Made by a program: the position numbers and the translations under genes
Part shown: one piece after another, positions 14,372-26,961 of the stretch
Layout: each line of letters begins with the position of its first letter
How positions within the stretch are numbered: position 1 is the stretch's first letter
Origin: Ptychomitrium polyphyllum
Lineage: Eukaryota
NCBI GenBank assembly: GCA_973851085.1
Contig: OZ316775.1
Coordinates: 19,592,001-19,656,000 of the forward strand
Length of the DNA stretch: 64,000 nt
Direction: 5' to 3'
Notes under the pieces: generated by a model
Databases searched by the model: none
The model's input: only the letters and a program-made list of their open reading frames with translations
Told to the model about the DNA's origin: nothing

Positions 14372-16867
14372 GCTGCCCGGTTGTGGCCGGTTCATGTGTG
14401 GCTATTGGTGAAGTGGGATTTTTGCTTTTCCTTTCTAGTGAGGAGTGGATAGGCCCTCGAAATTAATATCTTCACAACTTTTGGAGTTGATGTTAAGTGT
14501 AGCATGATGACATTCTTCAATCTCTGAACGCTCTTCCTCCGAACAAGTCATTCCATCACAAGTCCATTGGGAAACGCTAGCTGCAGTGAAGATTGAGGGT
14601 CTGTGTTCAAGTCATTAAAGTAGACTTATACCTTCATGTATTTATTAATACATGCCCTTGATACCTTTTATCATTGATTTCTCAAGTCATTCGTGTAAAA
14701 TGCTAGAATAGTCAATATTGATGTTGAACTAGTATGATCTTCATGGTTGACTTAACCATGATATCTTTTTTATTCTTGTAATTTTTGAAATGTAAATCAT
14801 TTTAATATCGAACCTCCATTTCCATCTATTTTATAATTTGGAATGTGTTTTCAAATAGAACTTTGAAAGAAGTTATCTTTTATTGTATTTGAATTTTTTC
14901 TAAATAGCATAAACTTTAATCCGTTTGTTCTAAATTCTAATCATTAACTCCAAAATTCTTATTTGAACAAAAAATTATGAATCATGCTTTCTATTGCTTG
15001 CATCATTTCATGAATGTATAATTAGAGTAACATTTCATTTCATCACCCCACTTATTTCTTTAATGTATAATTAGTGTAACATTTAATTTCATGAAAATGA
15101 ATAAAATTGAAGATAAATAATTTATCTCATATGTATGTGGCAACAATTAAATATTATAAAATCAAAGCTTTATGACTTAAGAACTTGGTTTTTAACAAAA
15201 CAAAAAATAAAAAAAATCTATTCATTTGTCTATATTTAAGTATTCCAAAAAAAACTTTGTACTACTTTTAAGAAATTAAATTGAACCTTCAAGTGAAATT
15301 TAATTTTAATTTACAAGTTAAAAAAAACAACCATTAAGCCTTGATGGGTGTATTTTGTAGTCATTTAATTTTGTTGATACGAATTGTGTTAAAGTTGGCA
15401 TTTTTCAAATATAGAGAATATTTACAAACCTAAACTCACAAGGAATGAAAAAACATACTAAAACATTCTATAGACAACCAAATAAAAACTAGTTACAATT
15501 AAGCTAACTTGCAAGAAATACCATTTTGATAATTCAAAAGGAAAATTATTTAAAAAAATACACGCCACTTTCAACTTTCTTGGTTGAGGATTTGAATACT
15601 ATGTTTCAAATCAAATAATTCTAGATTTTTATCCATTACTTGAATTAACAAAAAATATACTAATGACTCTCATATGGTAATATTGGTGGAAAAGATTGTA
15701 AATATTACTTATTGGATCCAATAGATTAGTAATAAATTGTTCCAAATTTATATGATATAGTATTTTTAATTCGAATTTTTATGTTTTTCAACACAAAAAT
15801 TTAATTTGATAAATTTGTAGTTTTTTGAAATGAAACTATCAATATTAAAAACTTGATGGAAAAATTAAATACTCAATTGTCATGACAAGTTTTTATATAT
15901 GCACCTTATTTTAGTCTTACTCTAATTAATATATGTCCATTTTCAATTTGATTTTTTTAATGTTGCATAACTTTTATTTATTAAATTCAATCACATATGA
16001 TTAACAAAGTAAAATGTAAATGAAAAAAAATCAAAATACCATATTTGTGATGTAAGTATTACTTACTTTTACAGTTTAAATATTTATTTAGTTTTTCTAT
16101 AGTATATATCAGAAATAAAATTTTCAATAACAATACTTATATGATAAAATACTTATATGATCGAAATCAATATTGTGAATATTCACAAGACATATTTATA
16201 GGCTAAGAATGTTTATAGAAGACATTTTGAATTTCTAACGCTCAATGAACCAACTTGTAAGTCATAAAAACTTTACAACTTGAGTCAAAATCTCTTACAG
16301 GATTTAAAAATGATTGAAGTCACAATTACAACTAAATACAACATCAACACTGAGTTTTGAGTCCGAATGAATGGATGAAAGTGCCCAACAACGAAATACA
16401 TACACCATGTGATGAATGAAATCACGCCGATGTGCGTGATTGGGCCTTCTCGGATTCACTTTCAAGCCGACTACGCTTCTAGGCAACGGACATCCCAGCC
16501 ACTATGGATAGCGGGAGCCAGGTGTCGCCCACTGAGGCATGCCCCGCTACAGGTGGCCGCACGAGGAGCCACCATGGTGCGAGCCACGCAGGTTCAAAGC
16601 ACCGCCACCCTCACTTTCCTGTCCAATACACCTTCCTGCAATTCTTTTCTCTTTATCCAGTTCTCTCACCTTTTTTTTACCAATTGTCAACTTCTATCTG
16701 CTTTACTGGCCCAACGTCCCAGGCTCAAGCCTGAAGTACACTAGAACCCAATCCAGCAGCCGTAACTGCAGACCAGTTTTTCCACCAAGCTCGGCACATT
16801 TCAGTTGTGAAACGAATTCCTACACGCCTGTGTAAGCACCTCCGATAGAGATCGAAGCTCAGGGGCC

Positions 16868-18056
16868 ATGGCCACCAAGGTGAGACGCGCAGCGTGCCCA
16901 AGGAACTGTGCGCGTTGTGGAGTTAGGGTTCGGGGTCTGCGTGTTCCTATGCCTCGTTGGCAGCGGCACTGCGGGGTTCGCACCTCCGCTGACGCTAGCT
17001 CGGGCTTCTGTGTGTTCGCGTGAATTGGTGTTCGGTCACGGTGCGGCTGCGTTCGTGTCTTGGTCCTGCAGCGTCGTCGCGGAGGGGTTGCGGCATTTGG
17101 TGACGAGGTGCTTGGTTGGTGACGGGAATGCGTGTGTGCAGGAGGCGAAGAACTACGAGGGGTCGGAGCGGGACATCACACAGAAGATCGACACGGATGT
17201 TCTGACGACGGAGGATCTGCCGACCGGCGACGACGACGACAACTACGTGAGGGACTCGTCGGACTCCAGGCATGAGGTGAAGAACTTCGAGGGCTCGGAC
17301 TTTGACGTGACCACCAAGACGCGGTCGCACGAGGAGAAGCACACGTCGCGGAGCTCGTACTCGACGGCGGGGAGCGGGTCGGACGCGGGCAAGAAGGGCG
17401 AGTCCGGCGGGGCGACGGGCGAGGGCAGGAGGTCGTACTCCGGGAAGTATCACGTGAAGACCGCGGACGAGGAGGTGGAGGACGCGCTGCGGGCTGCGCG
17501 GGGGGAGGTGTCGAGGGGCCGGGCGGAGGCCGGCGATGCCGCGGACAGGGTGGGCGACAGAGCGCGGGAGGCGAAGGACGGGGCGGCGGGCGCGGCCAAG
17601 GGGGCGGCGGACAGCGTGAAGGGCGCGGCGGGCGACATCAAGGGCGAGGCGGACAGGGCGGCGGGCGCGCACCAGCCTCGGGTGGACGAGGCGAAGGCAG
17701 AGGCGGGGCAGAAGTGGGATCGCACGAAGGGCAAGGCGGGCGAGCTGGCGGGGTCGGCGCAGGACGCGGCGGGCGCGGCGGGGCAGGCGGTGAAGGAGAA
17801 GGCGGGGCAGGTGAAGGACGCGATGGGGCAAGCGTTGGGGGCGACGAAGGTGAAGGCGGACGAGGCAGGCGAGGCGGCGCAGGGCAAGGCCGGGTCGGCG
17901 GGGCGGGCGACGCAGGAGGACGCCAGGCACGCCGTTGCGGAGACGAAGGAGGGCGCGAAGGGGCTGCTGGGAGGGTTTCAGAACATCCTGGGCGAGGCGT
18001 CGGCGGTGATCCAGGACAGCGTGAACGCTCCCGGCGAGAACATCACGAGCAACTAG
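16868..18056 (+). CDS. LEA (group 3-like) hydrophilin, copy 2; exons 16868-16879 and 17142-18056; 308 aa
   Basis: Same MATK first exon, a 262-bp GT-AG intron and a 915-nt second exon. The protein matches copy 1 except the last residue (N vs D). Confidence 0.82.
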
Positions 18057-20915
18057 GGAGTTGGGTGGCGGCTGTGAATGTTTGGTAGGGTGGAGAGGCT
18101 AGAATGCGTACTGTGAGAACGAGGCTTACGATTACCTCTATTGTGAGAAGGAGTACTCTGGGTTTTAATCTTCCGTTTACTTTTGATGATTGGGCGAGTC
18201 AGAATGCACTCGTATAAGCTGCGTAAAGGAATTCGTTTAGTTCGATAGTTCCCGTCGATATGATTGTTTCGTTTATTAATGGATTGGATTATTTTGGGGT
18301 TATTGGTGTTGGAGCGAGTATTGTAATTGGAATGAGTTATTGTTCTCAAGGTTTTTATGTAAAATGGAAGTGAGATTTTTCAGTAGATCTCGAATCTTTT
18401 GCATCATGCGTATGCACACATGATTCCTCGGTTGTTGCAATGTGGGCTTATTTGTGTGAATTTGATGTAACCTGTCTTACATTCATATGTAATTGTGGTC
18501 GATTAAATCGAAATGTTGTTCTGTTGTGGACATTTGAATAGAATGTCGGTTGGTATTTTGTACCATTCTCACTTGGACGGGTAACGGCAAGTAGTGAGAT
18601 GAGTTTATTTGAGGTTGTAGTGTATAAACCATTTTCGGGTCTGAATTATGGAAGTTTTTAACTCGTGAAAAGTATAGAATTTTACTTTATGATTTTGTAG
18701 CTGTAGCTATGAACACTGTACAGCATGATCCATCGGTCAACATGTATCTGACAAGCGTACTTTTGTTTATTTCAATAGATACTACCTTGTTTACTTTTGT
18801 TATACAACTATGTGGTTGATGAATGAATAGTAATGGATGATGATGGTTGATTTTGAGGAACAGTGGCAATATAAAATTATTCTTCTACGATGAAAAACAA
18901 GAGGAAAACCTCTGATGCACTATATAGATACAGTATATTTCCAATATAATTCTTAGAACTCTCCTCCGAATATTTTGGTGAGTATAATACCAGGTGAGTA
19001 TGACTTTTGGGGTGACGTTCAGTTTTATGACAAATTTTTAGTTACAAAGAGGAGATGGTAATGAACGTTAGGGTGAGATGCTTTTTGACTTCAGTTTAGC
19101 TGCGGATATTGAACATAATTCGGAAAATACTTATTTGGCATATAGTAATATGCTTGTTGTAATGATTGATTTGCTTATTTCTATGCAATTTGCACCAAAC
19201 ATTTGAATTATTTTTGTGCAATATGCTAGAATGACACATGAGTACATTACGATGGTGGTTTTTCATAGAAGGTGAGTAGTAATGAGGTCAATGATTTGTT
19301 GTTTGTATTCAATGAAAATATATCCTTTATTGAAGACAAAAATTCTTATAGCAAAGACATAGTTTTTAAATGGAAATAAGTACAAGCTTTGATCCTTTAA
19401 ATTCCAATCTCATTTATAATGTGATGAATTATACCTTAGATTGTACACTTTTTACCCTTCCTATCCAAAATAGATTCTTGAAATTCAATGTTTAATTGTA
19501 TCACATTCAACTTGAGATAAACATATTTTGTAAATAAATGTTATTGAACTTTAAGATAATATTGTTTTTACTATTATAATTTGTTGATAAAATATGCTAG
19601 TATATGTTACAACAATTCAAGGATTGATAATTCTCTGTACTTTCCGAAATGTTGCTACCAAATCATATGATTTTTAGTAAATTTTCTACATTACTATATT
19701 TCCGTTTACAATATTCATAGCCTACATCTTTGTGCATGCACGTTTTGATGAACTTTACTAATCCAACTCAACTGGTTCTCAAAAGTACATACGAGTAAAA
19801 AAAAAACAGCATGAAAAAATGTACATTATTGAAGCCCATCAGAAAGACCATGAAAAGAACATAACACAAGTAATTACAGTAATTTACAATATATACATCA
19901 CCTTCTTTCATACAATCAGCTGTAGCTCTCTCAAAGCAACATATGTGGATTCTATCTCAAACTCATCCAGTAGCAGCAGTTTCACAAATGAAATCATAAC
20001 ATATTTATGAGGAACCAAGTTAATGAGACCACGCTCACACTCCGTCTCCTGCTCATCCCCATACTCACCTTCTCTCACATGGACATCTCATCTTATGTAC
20101 GATCTTATTGGTTCTTTCTGGAACATCTGTACGCTGTCCGGGCAGAGCGCTGTATTTTGATGTATTTGAGGCCCCCTTCACTTGTCAGAATGGAGTGCAA
20201 TGTAGCACTAGATATTTAGGGGAACCTGAGCCTTCTACTGCAAATTTGTAAAGCCTAATTCATCACAGAATTAAAGTTGCAATCAGTCTAGTAAGTTTTG
20301 CAACCAGAAAGTGGTCAAAGGATTAACAACCAAGATGGCTTTACCAAATCCTCCAAATTTAAAGTTTGCGCGAAGCTTCGATGTGAGTTTACACTGAAAT
20401 AAAGACGAGCAGTAATAAATACCTTTGCCAACTTTCCCAAGTTTAGATGATGCCCAACTAATCTATCGCTAATCCCAGTTTCAGCAACGATATCATTAGA
20501 ATCTAGAGTAAAAGCCCTACCTCCTAAACTCGGTGTTGAACAAAATCGTTGTCGAAACTATTCAGTAGGAAATGTAAACACTGTACATCACAAATATATA
20601 TTTCTATCATGACTTTAAGCCCCGTAATTATAAACGGATTTCTAAGACTTGGTCATATCCTCCTTACTATCTACAACTTCGATTAAGTCTGGAATACCAC
20701 AGAATCGAAGTCTCTGACGCCCAAATGGTTACAATTCCTCAAGTCTTACTCTCGAGTCTCGTTTAGCAGGGTAGGGTTGTACGATACAGGTACAAGGTGG
20801 GTGATCGGCGCAACTGTAAAAGAGCATTAGAATTGGTCCCTTTACTGGATCCAACATTTAAGCAGAACTATGTGTCTTATTGCTCTTCTGGAAAAAACAG
20901 GTGCGCTTCCGATGA

Positions 20916-23900
20916 TCATGTTTGCTGCTGCTTTAGTTGCTCCTGTACCAGACACACACCAGAAATGCGCCAAGTGTATAAAAACACCTTCGTGCTAGCA
21001 TGGATCCTCAAAGACCATTATTTGAAGGTGAGTTTCTTTGCTGACTAAAACGGTGCAAGGAGTGCAAGATTATGATTTCAAGGTCCACGACAGAACATGG
21101 TTAGTTTTTACTTTTTCACAAATTACCTGGCTGACAAAAAGCGCGTGAAATCCGTAAGGGACCCGTCCAGGCAGGCTCACAGATGCTACGGGTTCTAGTG
21201 ACATCGTTTTGGCATCAATAATAACAACTTCTGATTTCCTGAGCAAAAAGGGACAGCAGAAAAATTTGTTAGAGCTTCTGAGCGATTTGTTGAAGAATAC
21301 AGAAAATGTCCCAAAACTCCAAGTTCTGTAATTTAAATTCAGGTTCCATACCCGGTGTTCTCATCGTGCACGAATTGAATCAAGTAGCCATCGTCTTCAG
21401 GTCCATCCATGCCAGGCTTGGAAGGCACAAAGACTGCCTCGCTTCCTGAACGGCCTGGTCCATGCCGGAACACTCCAACGATGTTGCCCTCTATTTCCAG
21501 CTCGCTAGCTGCCGGAGACGGCTCTTTGTCAAGGTCATACTTTGCCACACCTATCACTCTATTCCTCTCATCAAATACTCCACAGTACACAAACTGCGCC
21601 TTCCTGCAGCCACCACCACGGAAGGATCCAAAATTGTATCAGTTTTTCGTAATTTCTAAATGCGATGTGCTTATCATCCATACAGAAAAATTTGAACTTG
21701 AATAATGGGCCGGTTCCAGTTTTGATGCGTGGCATTCCATACCTGCCTGTGTACTCCTCATTAATTCTTGGGAAATCCGTACTTAGATCTGAAAGCTGCC
21801 TTTGCTTCACCTCTCCAGTTCTTATATTCATTCTGAACTCATATCTGCAGCTCAGCAGTCAGGACGAGAGAATTGAAGGTGGAAATGAGGCGTCCAATGT
21901 GCATGGATGGTAAAAGACGACCTGAACATGCAAAGGGAAAGGAGAATAGATGCATCGAAGAAGTAGGGAGAAGAAAGGTTCTCACAGCTTGGAATTCACA
22001 CTCCAAGCCTTCTCCTTCTTATACTCTAGTTCCAAGTCAAGTTCAATACCAGGCATTCTGCAGGTTGTCAGAACAACCTCATCCCCCTCTTCCCATGCAT
22101 TTGCTGCACATAAAATCAATGCCACGGCAAGTGCGGCTCTAGAAGTTAATGCCCATGAGCTACTATGGCAAGAGAGTAGGGGAAACAATAAATTGATGCC
22201 ATGAAATGTGTGAACTCATGTCCTCTTACCACAAGACATGCATGAGCTTACCATTGTGGAAGATGAAACACGTAGGAATCTTGAACCAACGAATTTGCGA
22301 TTCATTGGCAGCGTATCGTGGGAGAAGTCCAAATCGGCATTCTCTGCTAGGATCAAATTTGAAAATAAATTCACCTTTTGGCATACCCTGAAGTCATGAA
22401 GCAACTTGTTGCGTCAATTTACGTAGAATTGAGCCCCTAGAGAATCTGCATTCAATTTCACCTAAATCAAACACTAAATTTACTGTACACATGTCTAGAA
22501 ATGCTGTCTTTGCTCAATCTCGATAAAATTCAAATTACGGGATTATACCGTGGGATTGAGGAGAAGAGGGAGGTCCATAAACAGCGCATAATTCTCCGTG
22601 ATGGCAAAGTCGTGCATCATGACGCATTGAGGAATGGTAATCGGCACAGGTTCTCCAATAACACCGTATTTGGATACCACACGGTAGATCAAATATGGGG
22701 CCGTGGCTTGATATGCGAAGATAAACATTTCACCTGAGTTCAAAGATTGCTCCTTAAGTTCAGATCAATACATAGTCCATCCAATCACAACATACTACAA
22801 CGCCCATGATCCTACAAGTATTATAAATGGAGGTTAGACACTAATGTTTCCCGTATCTACGATAATCATCGTTTTTAGTACATAAAGAATAATGAAATTA
22901 TGGACCTGTGGTGGAGTCTAATTTCGGATGGGCTGTGAAAGGATGCTGCAATCTCTGCTCGTAGTTTTCAAGACCTAACGTTTGCAGATCCCCATCCTCC
23001 AACACCTTTATGGCATCTGTAAAGACAAAATCCTTTCCTCAGTCGACATCACGCAATGACCCAAGTTACCGAAAAAATCTGACTGTGTAAATGGAGTGTC
23101 ATCTGATAACAAAGGAACACAGTGATTGCAGCGAAAAACACGTAGAAACTTACAAGGTTTATCAGTCTCATGTAACACAAGGAGCCTCTTGTTATGGTAC
23201 ACTAGGTTTGTGTTGCCTGCACAACGATATAAGTCACAAGTCATTCTCACAGATGGTACACAGAAATTTTCTTACATAGCGCTATGGATAATATAATAAA
23301 ACACTAATATTAATAATTCGTCAATAAAATACTGATTCGTTATGTTAACATTTAGCCCTTTAACAAATACTGACCGGAGAATATGCCATTTGAGTCGTCA
23401 AGAACACCCAAGCTCATTCGGAGTTTCTCTACTGCGAGATAAAATAGCCCGCGAAGACCTTTGAGTTGTCCCATCTGCCAAGATGCAAAAGTTAGAAACA
23501 CTTCTGGACTATTCAATTTCAAGACATTTTCATATACTATGCGTACAAAAGTCCTGTCCCTGATTGAACGTCGCCAATAAATAAGACCAAGGTGAGGGTG
23601 ATCAGTACTCATACCTTCATAAACTTAGCTGCTCCATAATACTCTTCCTGTTGTAACCGAGCCGTTCGAACAAAACGGGCCACGTAAGTGGCTTTTCCAT
23701 TCTTAATGTTTAATCCATGAATCATCCTGCAAGACCTACCAGTGCTCACTCCTCCAAGAGATAGCAGGACAGATTTAAACACTAATCATGTCTCGACATG
23801 TACAACCGATATCTAGATTACTAGATAACAAGAAACTTGCAAATAAACAAAAGACAGTGACCGCAGCAGAAAGAAAAATCATTCAGAAGATTGATAGACA

Positions 23901-25305
23901 GCATGCAAGATGATGATGGCAGCAGATTACCCATCCCCGTCAAACCTGCGATCAAAATAATCCATCGCACAACATAATTAACTTTCCATTTTGTTGGAAG
24001 GCCAAAACAAACTTAAGAGACTAGCACATGGAGATTCAAATTCACAGATGTGATTTCGTAGATTCAAGATAATCCGAAGCATAGTACTGTCTAAAGGCAC
24101 TGCTCTCGGTTACTGTATATTCCTGATCATTTCAAAGAACAGGGAATCGAAACATGATATAGATCCCAGATATTGCAATAAGGAGAAGGAGCAATCTAGC
24201 CAGCAATAAATTACACCTTAGTAAAAGAAGAAAATGATGAGAAAAGTACCAGTGATATCCCGAAACTGGTTTGAATCTTGGGTTCGGACCAACGCGCACA
24301 AACTCGCCATTCATGCATTCCTTCAGCGACAATAGCACAATACCAATTTACAATCAGTGTCAATTTCACCAAAAAACAAATCAAGAACAGAAACCTTGAT
24401 TAGAAGGACAGTACATCTTGCAAAAAGTCTTAACCAACAGCATGAATCACACATTATGGCTACATACTGCCGCACAATCTGAAGTTCAAATTCACAAAAA
24501 CAACGGACGCTATATTACTGTTGCTGCAGGTGATCATTGTGAACTATTTCAACAAGCTGAGATATACCAGCAATCTGCTCACTTGTCCAATTTGTCAAAT
24601 CTGTCAAAACTTGCCCAATTTCCTTACAATCTGACGCGCTACATTAACAGTTAAACCAAAGCATTCAAAGAAAAAAAGTACCGCGTCCCGAGTACATATT
24701 CTTATCAGCCCTTCCCAATTCTAGGTCATACTTCAAACTGAGGTTCAACAAACCCCAAGTGAAGCTAAGAACCCTCTGCCCCAATCTGTCTACATCGCAC
24801 AAACTGCAAACCCTAGTGAACCTCAAATTCCCACAACAAGGTCAGTCCAACTTACAGGAATGGAACCAACAATGTGCAAGTCCGCCACTGGCGACACCTC
24901 CGACACGGGAGCATAGTTATCCGACAAAAGATACGCCCTCTTGTCGCTAAGACCAGCATCGAACGCCCACACAACCGCCTTCTCCACAGAATCACAAAAC
25001 GCAGCCGCCCAGCTCCCACCACCGGGCTTCCGAAACTCCACCTTGGTGCTCGTACCAGACCGCCCAGAGTCTACATCCCCAGCCTTGGCCCCAGACCCCT
25101 CCTCCATGATCACTGAAGAGCTCGACTGTGATGTGGTCGCAGACACTAGCAACCCTCCCCGCTGGTACCCCTGCTTGCACCCGGGTCCCCCAGCAGGCCA
25201 CTTCACAAAAGCCGGCTGCAACGCACCTGGAGACAGTGAGTGCAGACGTGGAGGTTGACTCTGAACCAGGGAGGTCAGGGCCACACAGGCGGTGGCTATG
25301 GCCAT
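20916..25305 (-). CDS. CCD1: Carotenoid cleavage dioxygenase, CCD1-type, 14 exons: (25404/25305/25107)-24856, 24320-24250, 23945-23931, 23726-23615, 23474-23375, 23216-23154, 23016-22906, 22733-22549, 22387-22252, 22103-21986, 21844-21743, 21603-21352, 21238-21127, 20942-20916
   Basis: All introns are GT-AG and the frame is continuous. Motifs [41 protein letters not shown] and EDDGYLI are present, as are the four Fe-ligating His (AHPK, MMHDF, IFHN, PYGFHA). The start codon is uncertain. Confidence 0.9.
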
Positions 25306-26012
25306 GGCGAAGAGTGAAGCTGCCAGCATCCACTGTGCCGATGAAGGTGCTGCCTTGCACAGAAACAGCAACAGCAGCAGAAATAGGGCCCCAGGCGACG
25401 CCATGCCCAAGCTAGCAGTTGGGCTGCGACGATGGCCGTTGATGTCTTCATGGCTGAATCAGTTGTCCGCGTGGTGGGACAGCCGCGTCGCCAGCTTTTT
25501 GGCCCTGGCTGCCCGGCGACGTTGTGGTCGCCGCGCCTATGTGTCGCCCTGCCCGGGCACGTACCAAAACTTCTCTCACGTCTCTTTGTTTTGCCTTTTC
25601 TTCTCCGGGCAGGCTTTGGCATTCTTTGCTCATAGGCTGCGGGCTACTACAGACTGCTGCGTGCTGGTGAGGATGTACCTTGTGCCTTCTATGTAAATAT
25701 TTTAAAAAGTTACTGGAGGTGTTGTTTGAAGTTTTGCTAATGACTATTTCAGCAAATGAAGGGCATTTGTGCAGTATATGTTTGACATTATAGATCATTG
25801 AATTTCAGGTTTTAGAGAAGATCCTTAAGATGAGCTGTAGAATTAAGCATGTTGCTATAGCTTTTAAAGGATTGGGCATTGGACGATTAATCAACATTTT
25901 TTTAAAGAGAAAGTTCTACCATCTAAAGATACAATTTCATTGTAGAAATTTTATTGTAAAGAGGATTGAGATTAAACAAAATGTTAATCTTATATGAGTT
26001 TGAATGATATGA

Positions 26013-26961
26013 TGCTACGGACATAGATCATGCAACATAGTCTTTAGAATCTTTTACAACCTTCTAGTACATTGTAGTACCTTCTTAGGATACCTTCAAT
26101 GTTGCCATAGTCATCCCAATCTTTGAGAAACTTCTTAGGAAGGTTCCATAGACTTCTAGAACATTTGTAAACTTCATAGAAAGCTTCATTAGAAGTATCC
26201 TAGGAAATACAAGTGTCATAATATAAATAGAAGGCAAGACAAGGTATATATTAGTCTTGTCAATATAAGTTGTAGATCATATTGTATCCAGCCCTTGTTA
26301 CAATCTTTGAATTAATTCTTGTTAATCATTAGTTTTTTCGAAGCTAATTCTTGGAAATTAATTTGTATCTGTTTTTTGTTTATTGTCTCTCTAATAGTTT
26401 GGCAAGACTATTTTTCATTTTTGTTAGAGCTAAGGTTTCTTTGAAGAAAATAGTGGATTTTCCATCTTCTTTAGGAACCTCATTCATCTTAGAGGTTCTG
26501 GATTACTTTCTTTTGAACTGATACTAGATATTGATTTCTCTTTCTAAAAGTAAATGCTACTTCTTTTGAAAAATGATTAATCCTACAAAGAAGCGGATTA
26601 TCCTTCTTTGAAGATAATAATCTTAAGTATGTTGTTTTTCTTCTTTAAGATATAAAAGATCCTCAAAAATTGAAGATTATCTTCTTTTAAGCTAATTCTT
26701 GGTTTTCTTCTTCATCTCCTCCATATACAAAGTTTATTGGTTATGATATGAATAACGTACAAAAAACATCAAAGAATAAGATTATAACTATTCCAAACTT
26801 TCAAGAGTGTTTAAACACAATTTGGATGGATTTTGTTTGCTTTAGTACCACCAACAATTTAAAGCAACTCATTTAAAAGGTTGAAGAATCTAATGGTGAT
26901 ATTTCAAGTTTATATTAAGAAATTATTTGATTGCAAAAGGACAATACTGGAAGAAAGGTTT
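26013..26961 (+). mobile_element. Older Ty3/gypsy element, left part: 5' LTR (~26013-26396), leader and start of gag, interrupted by a nested element
   Basis: Begins TGCTACGGACATAGATCATGCAACATAG, like the LTRs at 26962 and 34094. Colinear with 26962-27980. Confidence 0.8.

Noticed and set aside
16908..17141. Apparent signal-peptide N-terminus of the 382-aa ORF
   Set aside because: It lies inside the intron, has a non-ATG start and is not shared with the other copy.
12919..18088. Long alternative-frame and antisense ORFs over the LEA genes (290, 311, 145 and 124 aa)
   Set aside because: Expected from extreme GC content. Copy-to-copy differences are mostly synonymous only in the LEA frame.
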